Positions 27,533-37,526 of a DNA stretch of 64,000 nt are shown here, piece by piece (the stretch's first letter is position 1; every line of letters begins with the position of its first letter). The position numbers and the translations under genes were made by a program. The notes under the pieces are model-generated. The model was not told where the DNA came from. It did no database searches and saw only the letters and a list, made by a program, of their open reading frames with translations. The stretch is from Oscillospiraceae bacterium (GTDB lineage Bacteria; Bacillota; Clostridia; Oscillospirales; Ruminococcaceae), in NCBI GenBank assembly GCA_900768105.1, contig CAAGBQ010000055.1, forward strand, positions 928 through 64,927, in the 5' to 3' direction.

Positions 27533-29424
27533 TTATGCTTTGCCCTCTTATTTCTATCGTTAGCTTTTTTATTATTCTTGCCAACATTCTTTGGATAATA
27601 TCGTCCGTTTTTGTCGGCAATATTCTTTGCGCGAAAATCCTCTCGTACAAGGCAGCCTTCTCCTCCGCCGATAAGGTCATCGCGGCGGGCTTTGTGCAGG
27701 GCCTTGCGCACGGTATCTGCATTATCAGGAACAAAGTACTGCAAAAGTGCGCGCTGCATCGCCTTCTCCTCCGGGTCTGTGGGAACATAAACCTCTTTTA
27801 GTGTATACGGGTCCAATCCGGTATAGAACATACAAGTGGAAACGGTCCCGGGAGTGGGGTAAAAATCCTGTACCTGTTCCGGACGGAGACCGTATTTTTT
27901 AAGGAACTGTGCAACGGCAACGGCGTCTTTTATTGTGCTTCCCGGATGTGAAGACATAAGGTATGGCACAAGGTACTGCTCCTTTTTTGCGGAGTGGGTA
28001 AGCTCCATAAATCGAGCCTGAAATTTGAGGTAGGTTTCTATATGCGGCTTGCCCATAAGGTCAAGAACGCCCGCGCTGCAATGCTCCGGCGCAACCTTCA
28101 GGTGCCCGCTTACATGGTATTTTACCAAATCCTTAAAGAATGAATCGTCCTTATCCGCCATAACATAATCATAGCGTATGCCGGAGCGAATGAAAACCGC
28201 TTTTACTTTCGGAAGAGCACGCAGTTCGCGCAAAATCTCAAGGTATTCGCTGTGGTCGGCAATAAGAGCAGGACAGGGAGTGGGCGCAAGACATTTTTTT
28301 CCTGCGCAAAGACCAAGCTTTATTTGCTTTTCGCAGGAAGGACGGCGGAAATCCGCCGACGGACCGCCCACATCGTGAATATAGCCTTTAAAGCGCGGGT
28401 CCGCCGTCATAAGCTTTGCTTCACGCAGGACGGATTCTTTGCTTCGGGAGGTAACATAGCGCCCCTGGTGAAATGCAAGGGAGCAGAAGTTGCATCCGCC
28501 AAAGCAGCCGCGGTTGTGCGTAATGGAAAACAATACCTCGTCAAGGGCGGGCACGCCGCCAGCCTTTGCATAAATTGGGTGGAAGTCACGCATATACGGC
28601 AGGTCATAAACTTCGTCAAGCTCCTCACGGGAAAGTGTGGCAGCGGGCGGATTTTGCACAAGCATAAGCTTGCCATGGCGCTGTATAACGCGTTTTCCGC
28701 GTATGTGGTCCTGCTCGTCCTGCTGTTTGCGGCAGGCGACGGCATATTCGCGCTTGCTTTCGCAAACCTTTTCAAAGGAGGGACATTCCACTGCGGGACC
28801 GGGTTCGTATTCCGTAACAGGAACAAGATAGCAGGTACCGCTGATATTGCGCATTGCGGAGATTGGTTCGCCTGCGGCGAGCCTTTCGGCAACTTCGAGG
28901 GTTTGATGCTCGCCCATTCCGAATGAAAGCAAATCCGCTCCGGAATCAATAAGTACGGAGGGCATTACCTTGTTGCTCCAATAGTCATAGTGGGCGAAGC
29001 GCCGGAGCGAAGCTTCAATTCCGCCGATTATAACCGGAATATCTGGATATATAGATTTGATTTTTTTGCTGTATACGGTAACGGCTCTGTCCGGACGAAG
29101 GCCGGATTTTTTGCCCGGAGAATATGCGTCATCATGGCGGCGGCGCTTTGCAACGGTATAATGCGCAACCATGGAATCAAGGTTGCCCGCCGTTACAAAA
29201 AAGCCGAGGCGGGGCTTTCCGAATTTAGTAAAATCAAAATTGTCTTTCCAGTTAGGTTGGGCAAGCACGGCAACGCGGAAGCCGCGGCTTTCAAGCAGGC
29301 GGGAGAGAATCGCTGTGCCAAAGGTAGGGTGGTCCACATAAGCGTCGCCGGTAACAAAGACAAAATCCACATCGTCCCAGCCCCGTTTTTTCATATCTTC
29401 ACGGTTTATCGGCAAAAAAGGCAT
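27529..29424 (-). CDS. ygiQ: YgiQ-family radical SAM protein (UPF0313)
   Basis: N-terminus MPFLPINREDMKKRGWDDVDFVFVTGDAYVDHPTFG, radical SAM CFGGCNFC, basic C-terminal tail. Confidence 0.85.
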   Translation of the reverse strand: MPFLPINREDMKKRGWDDVDFVFVTGDAYVDHPTFGTAILSRLLESRGFRVAVLAQPNWKDNFDFTKFGKPRLGFFVTAGNLDSMVAHYTVAKRRRHDDAYSPGKKSGLRPDRAVTVYSKKIKSIYPDIPVIIGGIEASLRRFAHYDYWSNKVMPSVLIDSGADLLSFGMGEHQTLEVAERLAAGEPISAMRNISGTCYLVPVTEYEPGPAVECPSFEKVCESKREYAVACRKQQDEQDHIRGKRVIQRHGKLMLVQNPPAATLSREELDEVYDLPYMRDFHPIYAKAGGVPALDEVLFSITHNRGCFGGCNFCSLAFHQGRYVTSRSKESVLREAKLMTADPRFKGYIHDVGGPSADFRRPSCEKQIKLGLCAGKKCLAPTPCPALIADHSEYLEILRELRALPKVKAVFIRSGIRYDYVMADKDDSFFKDLVKYHVSGHLKVAPEHCSAGVLDLMGKPHIETYLKFQARFMELTHSAKKEQYLVPYLMSSHPGSTIKDAVAVAQFLKKYGLRPEQVQDFYPTPGTVSTCMFYTGLDPYTLKEVYVPTDPEEKAMQRALLQYFVPDNADTVRKALHKARRDDLIGGGEGCLVREDFRAKNIADKNGRYYPKNVGKNNKKANDRNKRAKHK

Positions 29425-29584
29425 AATGACCTCCGAAAAAAATTTTTTTCACTGCAACAATTCTACCACAAAAGCGCACAATATAAAAGAGTTTAAAAAT
29501 GAATTTATCATTTCGCGGTTGACACCGCGGAAAAAAAGGAATAAAATTATCTTGGATAAGAAGTTGACGAAACGGGGGATATAA

Positions 29585-29797
29585 ATGAAAAAAATCGTTT
29601 CTGCCGCGCTTTGTGCGGTTATGCCGTTTTTGTTTTCCGTAACCGCTTTTGCGGGCGCGCCTTCTCCGTTTGAAGGGTTGGAGGAAATGATGCAAACCGG
29701 CGGCGATTTTATGATTTGGGTTTACATCGCCGGCGGCGCGGCGGCACTTGCTCTTATTGTGGGAATAATCATAATCGCAACGGGAAAGAAAAAATAA
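29585..29797 (+). CDS. Small secreted/membrane-anchored protein (70 aa)
   Basis: Signal peptide ...SVTAFA, a C-terminal TM segment plus KKK. GGGGGA RBS. A TTGACA-17-TAAAAT promoter lies at about 29519-29547. Confidence 0.5.
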   Translation: MKKIVSAALCAVMPFLFSVTAFAGAPSPFEGLEEMMQTGGDFMIWVYIAGGAAALALIVGIIIIATGKKK

Positions 29798-29809
29798 ATA
29801 AGAAAGCAA

Positions 29810-29851
29810 ATGCCCGACGGTGCCGTATGCACCGTCGGGCATAAATTTTTT
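29810..29851 (+). terminator. Intrinsic terminator
   Basis: atgcccgacggtgc-cgta-tgcaccgtcgggcat followed by a T-run. Confidence 0.7.
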
Positions 29852-29921
29852 ATGAATGAAGTAAAGCTTTTTCGCCATCGCTCATAAGCTTAAAAAAAGC
29901 TTCGTAAAGGGAGTGGGGCAA

Positions 29922-30092
29922 ATGGGGTGCAATGAAACAATATCGGCGGTTACCGCGCTTGCTTTTGCTATTACAGAAAAGCTTTCCGCAGAGCAAAGCG
30001 CATTTTTGGCGGCAATATTTACGCAGCTTGGCGATACCATAGCATCCATCCTTGCGGGAAACGCCCTTTGCGGCGGAAATCAAAGCGAATAG
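29922..30092 (+). CDS. 56-aa small protein absent from the ORF track (below its length cut-off)
   Basis: AAAGGGAG RBS then ATG. Translation [56 protein letters not shown]. The ...LAAxFTQLGDTxAxI core matches small proteins I recall from Clostridia. Confidence 0.5.
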   Translation: MGCNETISAVTALAFAITEKLSAEQSAFLAAIFTQLGDTIASILAGNALCGGNQSE

Positions 30093-30652
30093 GTTTCCGG
30101 ACAGATTTCCTTTATCTTTTCCTGAAGATCAAAAAAATCCTCCATGGCGTCCGGCTTGTTCCGCGGGTTGCGCAAAAGCGCGGCAGGGTGAAAGGTTCCC
30201 ATAACAAGGCGTCCGTCTTTTTCGATAAACCGACCGTGCTCCTTCGTTACTTTAAAATTGGGGTCAATAAAGCGGATTGCCGCGACTCTGCCGAGGCAAA
30301 CTATAATTTTCGGATTTATAATCTCAATTTGTGCGCGCAGCCAGTCGCGGCAGGCAGCAACCTCTTCCTCTTCGGGGTCGCGGTTTTGCGGAGGACGGCA
30401 TTTTACCATATTTGCAATGTAGATATTGCTTTTACGCGAAAGGTCAATTACCTCCAGCATTTTATCAAGCAAAATTCCGCCGCGGCCGACAAAAGGCTCG
30501 CCGCGAAGGTCCTCGTTTTCTCCCGGGCCCTCGCCGATAAAGAGAACATCGGCATTCGGATTTCCGACGCCGAAAACAACATTGGTGCGGGTAGAGCAAA
30601 GCTTGCATTTTTGGCAGCCGAGGCATTCGGCACGAAGCTCTTCAAGATTCAT
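30080..30652 (-). CDS. Uracil-DNA glycosylase, family 4 (Fe-S type)
   Basis: CxxCxLC..., [29 protein letters not shown]. Confidence 0.9.
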   Translation of the reverse strand: MNLEELRAECLGCQKCKLCSTRTNVVFGVGNPNADVLFIGEGPGENEDLRGEPFVGRGGILLDKMLEVIDLSRKSNIYIANMVKCRPPQNRDPEEEEVAACRDWLRAQIEIINPKIIVCLGRVAAIRFIDPNFKVTKEHGRFIEKDGRLVMGTFHPAALLRNPRNKPDAMEDFFDLQEKIKEICPETYSL

Positions 30653-30734
30653 GATATTCCTCCGAAAAAGTTATAGAAATATCATATAGCAAAAGGCGCA
30701 CTTTGGCAAGAGAAAAAACGAAAAAACTTTGTGC

Positions 30735-31475
30735 TCAAAGAATGTTGATATAATCGGCGCTTGCGAAGCCGACGGTGCCGTTGTAATTAACCGTATACCA
30801 ATTTTTGTATTGGCCGAGCACCGTGAGCACGGCGCCGCGCGGCGCGGCGCCGATTACAGTGCCCGAAATATCCGGTTTGCTTCGGATATTAAGATTGCCG
30901 GTGCTTGTAACAACCTTTCCGGTTTGCTGTGCCTGCGGAGGAACAAGCGGCAGTCCGAAATATTCCGTCATGGAAAGGGCAAGCTTTTCTGCAATTTCTT
31001 CAAGGTTAGAGGTAATCCAGCGGGCGTCCTCGGCATTATCGTGGTATCCTATTTCCGCAAGTACGGCGGGGGCTTTTGTGCGGGTAACTTCACCAAGATA
31101 GGTTGTAGGTTCCGCACGAACCTTTTCCGGCAATGGATATATGCTTCGCAGATTATCCGCAATAAGCATTGCGGCGCGGCGGCCGTTTGTGCTGTTCGGC
31201 GCATAAAACGCAATCACTCCGCGGGCGGTGCCGTATTTTCCCTCCGGCGCTGCGTTTGAATGAAGCGCAAGGTGAAAATCATAGTTTCCCGCATTGGAAG
31301 CTCGGATTGAGGAAGCTGCGGTCATCTGCGGGGTGTTGCGTACATATTTTATTCCGGAGGAGGTGAGCCATGGCTCAAGCTCATCCGCAAGAAGGTTCAT
31401 CCAGTATTCCTCCGAGCCGCCGGAAACATATATGTTTGATTCTTGTGTAGATGGACTAAGGTATATTGTGGGCAT
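30735..31475 (-). CDS. Amidase_3 N-acetylmuramoyl-L-alanine amidase with a C-terminal SH3b domain and no signal peptide
   Basis: IYLSPSTQESN, HSNA and EIGYHDN motifs. C-terminal SH3b-like NIRSKPDISGTVIG...WYTVNYNG. GGAGGT RBS at the ATG at 31475. Confidence 0.8.
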   Translation of the reverse strand: MPTIYLSPSTQESNIYVSGGSEEYWMNLLADELEPWLTSSGIKYVRNTPQMTAASSIRASNAGNYDFHLALHSNAAPEGKYGTARGVIAFYAPNSTNGRRAAMLIADNLRSIYPLPEKVRAEPTTYLGEVTRTKAPAVLAEIGYHDNAEDARWITSNLEEIAEKLALSMTEYFGLPLVPPQAQQTGKVVTSTGNLNIRSKPDISGTVIGAAPRGAVLTVLGQYKNWYTVNYNGTVGFASADYINIL

Positions 31476-31614
31476 GGTGCTACCTCCGAATTTACAGTAT
31501 GCTATATTATACTGAATATAAGGAAAAATAATGACAAAAAGGATTTTTAAGGACAAAATCCACGGTCTTTATGTTAAATTACAATATAAATGAATAATAT
31601 TTTAGCAAAAAACT

Positions 31615-32709
31615 ATGAAAATAGTAAATGGAAATGAAAATAGCTTTTTGTTATACTTTACTATTGGTAATATAGCGTTTAGTGTAAAGGAGAAAATAAC
31701 TACGGAGCAATTACTTGATATTGGAAGAATGGAAAATGCCGTCGCACTTTTTGGAAGCTTTGATGAAAATGTAAAGCTTATTGAAGAAGAGTTTGGCGTA
31801 GGAATAGTAAACCGCGGAACGCAGATTAAAATATCCGGAGAGCCGGAAAAGGTTTCCCTTGCGGGCAAGGCTATGCAGGGACTTTTGCAGGTGATAAACC
31901 GCGGCGAGCAGCTTAATGACCAAAATGTACGCTATATCATTGCACTGGTTAAGGAAGGCAATGAAGAAAAGGTAAAGGATATAGGTTCGGATTGCGTTTG
32001 CATAACCTCAAAGGGCCGTCCGGTAAAGGCAAAGACCCTTGGCCAAAAGGCTTATCTTGAAGCAATAAGAAAAAACACAATAACAATAGGCGTAGGCCCC
32101 GCCGGTACGGGAAAAACCTATCTTGCAGTGGCCATGGCGGTACGCTGTTTCCGCGACCAAGAGGTAAGCAGAATAATTTTGACCCGTCCGGCAGTGGAGG
32201 CGGGCGAAAAGCTCGGCTTTTTGCCCGGCGACCTTCAAAACAAGGTTGACCCATATCTGCGCCCGCTTTATGACGCGCTTTTTGAAATGCTTGGTTCGGA
32301 AAACTATCAGCGATTTGTTGAACGCGGAAATATCGAGGTTGCGCCCCTTGCCTATATGCGCGGGCGCACGCTTGACGATTCGTTTATAATCCTTGATGAA
32401 GCTCAAAACACAACTCCGGAGCAGATGAAAATGTTTCTTACGCGCCTTGGATTTAACTCAAAGGCGGTAATTAACGGTGATATAACGCAGATAGATTTGC
32501 CATCCGTAAAAAAGAGCGGGCTTGCGGAAGCAATGACCGTGCTCAAGGATGTAGACGATATTGCGCTTATTAAATTTACCGAAAAGGATGTAGTGCGCCA
32601 CCGCTTGGTGCAGAATATAATAAAGGCATACGAAAAATATTACGAGGGAAAGGCAAAAGAAAATGGCAATCGCAAAAGTTATCATATCAAACAGACAGAA
32701 AGAAATTAA
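31615..32709 (+). CDS. phoH: PhoH-family ATPase (start uncertain)
   Basis: Walker A GPAGTGKTYLAVA, DEAQNTT, and the conserved phoH-ybeY-era neighbourhood. Confidence 0.9.
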   Translation: MKIVNGNENSFLLYFTIGNIAFSVKEKITTEQLLDIGRMENAVALFGSFDENVKLIEEEFGVGIVNRGTQIKISGEPEKVSLAGKAMQGLLQVINRGEQLNDQNVRYIIALVKEGNEEKVKDIGSDCVCITSKGRPVKAKTLGQKAYLEAIRKNTITIGVGPAGTGKTYLAVAMAVRCFRDQEVSRIILTRPAVEAGEKLGFLPGDLQNKVDPYLRPLYDALFEMLGSENYQRFVERGNIEVAPLAYMRGRTLDDSFIILDEAQNTTPEQMKMFLTRLGFNSKAVINGDITQIDLPSVKKSGLAEAMTVLKDVDDIALIKFTEKDVVRHRLVQNIIKAYEKYYEGKAKENGNRKSYHIKQTERN

Positions 32710-33154
32710 AATACCCGCAGGAGTGCGCTTGCTTATGCGGCGGTGCTGCCAGGCGGTGCTGCAAACGGAAGGCTTTCCGGAGCCTGCCGAAATCTGCATA
32801 AGCTTTATTTCCAACGAGGAAATAAAAAAGCTTAACCGCGAATTCCGTGGTGTGGATGCCGTTACCGATGTGCTTTCCTTCCCGCTTGGAGAAAACGGAG
32901 TTTATGACCGTAATCCGGATACCGGCGCGCTCCAGCTCGGCGATATTGCCATATCAATGCAAAAGGCGGAGCAGCAGGCGGAACAATACGGTCATACTCT
33001 TCAAAGAGAGGTTGCCTATCTTACGGTACATTCCACACTGCATTTGCTTGGCTATGACCATGTTAATGGTGGAATTGAACAGGTGCGTATGAGAGAAAGA
33101 GAAGAGGCTGTTCTTTCAAAGCTTGGGCTTGAACGCAGCGCAACATATGTATGA
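32663..33154 (+). CDS. ybeY: rRNA maturation endoribonuclease YbeY
   Basis: HSTLHLLGYDH zinc motif. Confidence 0.9.
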   Translation: MAIAKVIISNRQKEIKIPAGVRLLMRRCCQAVLQTEGFPEPAEICISFISNEEIKKLNREFRGVDAVTDVLSFPLGENGVYDRNPDTGALQLGDIAISMQKAEQQAEQYGHTLQREVAYLTVHSTLHLLGYDHVNGGIEQVRMREREEAVLSKLGLERSATYV

Positions 33155-33168
33155 CGGAGTGAAGAAAA

Positions 33169-34080
33169 ATGAATTTTAAAGATTTTGATACAAAGTCGGC
33201 GTTTATCGCCATTGTGGGACGGCCGAATGTGGGAAAAAGCTCGCTGCTTAATGCCCTCGTCGGCGAAAAGGTTGCGGCGGTTTCCGCAAAGCCGCAGACA
33301 ACGCGCACAAGAATAACCGGTATACTTACAAAGGGAAAAACACAGTTTGTGTTTATTGATACTCCCGGACTTCATAAGCCGAGGACGAAGCTTGCCGACT
33401 TTATGGTAAAGCAGGTCGGAGATTCTGTTTCCGATGTTGACCTTGCGGTGCTTGTTACGGAGCCGAAGGGTGAAATCTGCGCTGCGGAAAGGGAGCTTAT
33501 TCAGCGTTTCAAGGATTTGCATATGCCTGCGATTCTTTGCGTAAACAAAATCGACACCCTTGAACACAAGGAAGAAATGCTTGAAAAAATATCTGCTTTT
33601 TCAAAGGAATTTGAGTTTGAACAGGTGGTGCCTATTTCCGCGCTTCAAAACGATGGGATTGACATTCTTGTTTCCGTTTTGGATGGCTACGCAAAGCTGG
33701 GTCCGCACTATTTTGCGGATGATTCCCTTACCGACCAGCCCGAAAGGGCAATCGTCGCGGAGCTTATCCGAGAGCGTATTCTTGTCGATCTCGAAAATGA
33801 GGTTCCGCATGGCGTTGCAGTTTCCATCGAATCCATGAAGGAACGAGAGGACAAGGACATTGTGGATATAGACGCAATGATTTATTGTGAAAAGGATAGC
33901 CACAAAGGCATTATTATCGGCAAAAAAGGTGCTATGCTCAAAAAAATCGGCACGGAAGCAAGAGCAAGCCTTGAACGCTTTTTGGGCTGCAAGGTCAATC
34001 TGCAGTGCTGGGTAAAGGTAAAAGAGGATTGGCGCAACCGTGAAGGGCTGCTTCGCAACTTCGGGTTTACGGAGGAATAA
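33169..34080 (+). CDS. era: GTPase Era
   Basis: G1 GRPNVGKSS, G3 DTPG, G4 NKID, C-terminal KH domain. Confidence 0.95.
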   Translation: MNFKDFDTKSAFIAIVGRPNVGKSSLLNALVGEKVAAVSAKPQTTRTRITGILTKGKTQFVFIDTPGLHKPRTKLADFMVKQVGDSVSDVDLAVLVTEPKGEICAAERELIQRFKDLHMPAILCVNKIDTLEHKEEMLEKISAFSKEFEFEQVVPISALQNDGIDILVSVLDGYAKLGPHYFADDSLTDQPERAIVAELIRERILVDLENEVPHGVAVSIESMKEREDKDIVDIDAMIYCEKDSHKGIIIGKKGAMLKKIGTEARASLERFLGCKVNLQCWVKVKEDWRNREGLLRNFGFTEE

Positions 34081-34167
34081 AATTTAGTTTAAATTACCTC
34101 ACATAAGAAATTTTTGCGCTCATAAAATACTTATTGTAAAGAATCTTTTTTATGCGGGGTAAAGATT

Positions 34168-34386
34168 ATGAACGAAAAAGCGTGGAGCGATTTTGAAAAA
34201 ACCGGAAGCATAATGGATTATCTTAATTACAGGTTATCCGCTCCGGATGTGCCGGTGGGCACTGTCAGAATAGAAATGCCGAGGATAAACGGTGCTTCGG
34301 CATATAAAAAGCGTCACATAGCCGCCGGGAGATTGAACGATGCAGATAAAAACAAAGGCAATAGTTCTTCGGGCACAGGATTATAA
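34168..34386 (+). CDS. YqzL-family small protein (longer than usual, overlaps the recO start)
   Basis: N-terminal WSDFEKTGSIMDYLNY matches the YqzL signature. It occupies the same era-yqzL-recO position as in Bacillus. Confidence 0.55.
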   Translation: MNEKAWSDFEKTGSIMDYLNYRLSAPDVPVGTVRIEMPRINGASAYKKRHIAAGRLNDADKNKGNSSSGTGL

Positions 34387-35131
34387 CGAAAACGACAAGC
34401 TGCTTACGCTTCTTTCGGAGGAGCGGGGGCTTGTTTTTGCATATGTTTTTGGAGCAAGGAAGATGAAAAGCCGTCTTTCCGCAGTTTGTTCAATGCTTTC
34501 CTACGGAGAATTTGTTCTTTTTGAAAACAAAGGAAAATACAATGTGGACAGCGCAGAAAGTGAGCGGCTTTTCTTCGGAATTCGGCAAGATTTGGAGGAG
34601 CTTGCTTATGCAAGCTATTTTTGCGAGCTTTGTTCCGGTATAGTTCCTGCGGAGGAGCCTGCCGGAGATATGCTTCGGCTTTTGCTGAATACACTACATA
34701 TGCTTGAAAATAAAAAAATGCCCGCTCCGCTGATAAAAGCTATTTTTGAGCTTCGGGCAATGTGTATAGCCGGCTATGCCCCGAACCTTGTGGCGTGTTC
34801 CGAATGCGGGCATTATGACAGGGAAATGTTCTGGTTTAATTTGGAGCAGGGCTGCGTTACCTGTATGGAATGCAGACCCGCAGGGGATGCGCAGTATGAT
34901 ATGCCTATGCAAAAGCCGGTGTTCCTTGCGGCGCGGCATATTGTATATGCTCCGCCGGAAAAGCTTTTTTCTTTCAAGCTTGGTGAAAAATCGGCGGAGG
35001 AGCTTTCGCTGATAACGGAGAAATATACCGCACTTCAAACAGATAAAAATTACTCCACGCTTGAATTTTTAAATTCAACAAAAGAGATATTTAAACAACC
35101 TTCCATTGATATAAAAGAGGCGGAAAAATGA
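34340..35131 (+). CDS. recO: DNA repair protein RecO
   Basis: The N-terminal OB-fold start KAIVLRAQDYNENDKLLTLL, a CxxC...CxxC zinc motif, and synteny. Confidence 0.85.
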   Translation: MQIKTKAIVLRAQDYNENDKLLTLLSEERGLVFAYVFGARKMKSRLSAVCSMLSYGEFVLFENKGKYNVDSAESERLFFGIRQDLEELAYASYFCELCSGIVPAEEPAGDMLRLLLNTLHMLENKKMPAPLIKAIFELRAMCIAGYAPNLVACSECGHYDREMFWFNLEQGCVTCMECRPAGDAQYDMPMQKPVFLAARHIVYAPPEKLFSFKLGEKSAEELSLITEKYTALQTDKNYSTLEFLNSTKEIFKQPSIDIKEAEK

Positions 35132-37512
35132 CAGATAACAGACATTATAAGGCGTTGGAGCTGGACAAGATACTTGCTATGCTTGCGGAGCAGACCGGCT
35201 GTGAAGACAGCCGCCGACTTGCGCTTGAAACGGAGCCGAAAACAACCCTTCGGGAAGCACAGCGCCTTATGGACCGAACCGCGGACGCACATATGCTTTC
35301 CTGCCGTTTTGGCGCGCCAAGCCTTCGCGGAGTGAAAAATGTAACCGGAGCTTTGCGCCGTGCAGAGATGGGTGCGACTCTTTCGCTTCCGGAGCTGCTT
35401 GATATAGAGCGCTTTTTAAAGGCTCTGCGTGAAATGAAGGACTTTCGCAGCAATTATGAGGGGGAAAAAGCAACCTCCCTCGACGAGCTTTTTGAGGGAC
35501 TTATGCCCAATCTTCGCATTGAAGAAAAAATCGGCTTTACGGTTGTTTCGGAAGAGGAAATAAGCGATACAGCAAGCCCGACATTGGCGGATATACGCAG
35601 AAAAATCCGCAATTCTCAAGCTAAAGTTAAGGAACAGCTTGACCGCATAATCCATTCCCAAACTTATCAGAAGTTTTTGCAGGAGCCTATTGTTACAATG
35701 CGCGACGGGCGCTATTGTGTTCCGGTAAAATCCGAGTACCGCCAGGAGATAAAGGGCATGGTACACGATACCTCCGGTACCGGCGCGACAATTTTTATCG
35801 AGCCTGCCAGCGTTGTTGAGGAAAATAACGAAACCCGCGTCCTCCGCGCAAAGGAGCAGCAGGAAATTCAGCGCATACTGCATGAAATTTCAGAAGATAT
35901 AGGCAGCCACGCGCAGACTTTTATAGAAGATTACTCTGCATTGCTGGAACTTGACCTTTATTTTGCGAAGGCGCGCCTTGCGGATAAGATGAATGCCGCC
36001 GTGCCGCAGCTTACGGATGACGGAAGGATCCGCTTGTATAAAGCGCGCCACCCGCTTATTGACAAAGCAAAAATTGTGCCGGTGGATATAACTCTCGGCT
36101 GCGATTTTGATGTGCTTGTAATTACCGGCCCGAATACCGGCGGCAAAACCGTTACGCTTAAAACCATAGGTCTGCTTACGCTTATGGCGATGTGCGGCAT
36201 GATGATTCCCGCGGGGGAAAACAGCTCTGTTTCGGTATTTGAAAATGTATTTGCGGATATAGGCGATGAGCAGAGCATAGAGCAAAGCCTTTCCACATTC
36301 TCATCCCATATCAACAATACCATTCGCATTTTAAGCAAAGCGGATGACAGAAGTCTTGTGCTGCTTGACGAGCTTGGAGCGGGAACCGACCCGGTCGAGG
36401 GTGCGGCGCTTGCCGTTGCGATTATCGAACGGCTGAAGCTTTACGGCGCAAAGCTTGCGGCAACCACTCACTATGCGGAAATTAAGATGTATGCGCTGCA
36501 AACTCCGCGTGTGGAAAATGCCTGCTGCGAATTTGATGTGGAAACCCTTTCTCCGACATACCGCCTGCTTGTGGGAGTGCCCGGAAAAAGCAATGCTTTT
36601 GCAATCTCCGAACGCCTCGGAATGGACGAAAGCATTGTTGACCGCGCAAGAGAGCTTGTTTCTACCGAAAACGCGAATTTCGAGGACATTGTAGGCAAGC
36701 TTGAAGAAAGCCGTCAAGAGCTTGAAAAGGAACATCAAAAGGCGGAACAATACCGCAGGGAAACGGAGAAAATCCGAGCCGAAATTGCAAAAGAAAAAGA
36801 GGAAATGGAGCGCAATAAGGAAAGAGAGCTTGAGGCAGCGCGCCTTTCCGCAAAAAAACTTGTGGAGCAGGTGCGCGCGGAGGCACAGAAGCTTATTGAC
36901 GATATTACCGAAACGCAAAAGCTTGCCGATGGGGAAAACAGCGCGGATATGATTGCCCGCGCACGCGCACAGATGAAGGTCGGTATAGGAAAGCTTCAGG
37001 ATATAGCGGATCCTGTTTCCGCGGGAAGGGAGGCTTACCGCTTGCCGAGGAAGCTGGTGCGCGGCGATGTTGTGCGCATAAACGGAATGAACCGCGAGGG
37101 AACAGTCGTCGGTCTTCCGGATGGTCAGGGCTATTGTACGGTTCAAACAGGAATTATAAAGTCAAAGGTTCATGTTTCGGAAATACGCCTTGTTGAAAGC
37201 AATAAGAAAAAAAACACCCTTGGCGGCGGGGCGGTGACGAAGAATATAGAGAGCGCTTCACGCAGGGCAGCCGCTTCGGAACTTGACCTTCGCGGAATGG
37301 ATGTGGAGCAGGCGCTGTTGGAGCTTGACCGCTATATTGACGAATGTGTTATCCTTAATTTAAAGGTGGTTTCCATAATCCACGGAAAAGGCACCGGCAC
37401 GCTGCGTGCGGCGGTGCAGCAGGCACTTAAAAAGAACAAAGCAGTGCGCAGCTTCCGCCTTGGCGTATACGGCGAGGGAGAAAATGGCGTAACAATAGTT
37501 GAACTTAAATAA
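35128..37512 (+). CDS. mutS2: Endonuclease MutS2
   Basis: Walker A GPNTGGKT, DELGAGTDP, C-terminal Smr domain (LDLRGM...IHGKGTGTLR). Confidence 0.95.
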   Translation: MTDNRHYKALELDKILAMLAEQTGCEDSRRLALETEPKTTLREAQRLMDRTADAHMLSCRFGAPSLRGVKNVTGALRRAEMGATLSLPELLDIERFLKALREMKDFRSNYEGEKATSLDELFEGLMPNLRIEEKIGFTVVSEEEISDTASPTLADIRRKIRNSQAKVKEQLDRIIHSQTYQKFLQEPIVTMRDGRYCVPVKSEYRQEIKGMVHDTSGTGATIFIEPASVVEENNETRVLRAKEQQEIQRILHEISEDIGSHAQTFIEDYSALLELDLYFAKARLADKMNAAVPQLTDDGRIRLYKARHPLIDKAKIVPVDITLGCDFDVLVITGPNTGGKTVTLKTIGLLTLMAMCGMMIPAGENSSVSVFENVFADIGDEQSIEQSLSTFSSHINNTIRILSKADDRSLVLLDELGAGTDPVEGAALAVAIIERLKLYGAKLAATTHYAEIKMYALQTPRVENACCEFDVETLSPTYRLLVGVPGKSNAFAISERLGMDESIVDRARELVSTENANFEDIVGKLEESRQELEKEHQKAEQYRRETEKIRAEIAKEKEEMERNKERELEAARLSAKKLVEQVRAEAQKLIDDITETQKLADGENSADMIARARAQMKVGIGKLQDIADPVSAGREAYRLPRKLVRGDVVRINGMNREGTVVGLPDGQGYCTVQTGIIKSKVHVSEIRLVESNKKKNTLGGGAVTKNIESASRRAAASELDLRGMDVEQALLELDRYIDECVILNLKVVSIIHGKGTGTLRAAVQQALKKNKAVRSFRLGVYGEGENGVTIVELK

Positions 37513-37526
37513 AACGGGAGAATAAA

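Noticed and set aside
29850-30083. 77-aa minus-strand ORF between the small membrane protein gene and udg
   Set aside because: It has no RBS and a Cys/Arg/Lys-rich composition. The plus-strand 56-aa ORF with an RBS and a recognisable small-protein core explains the region better.
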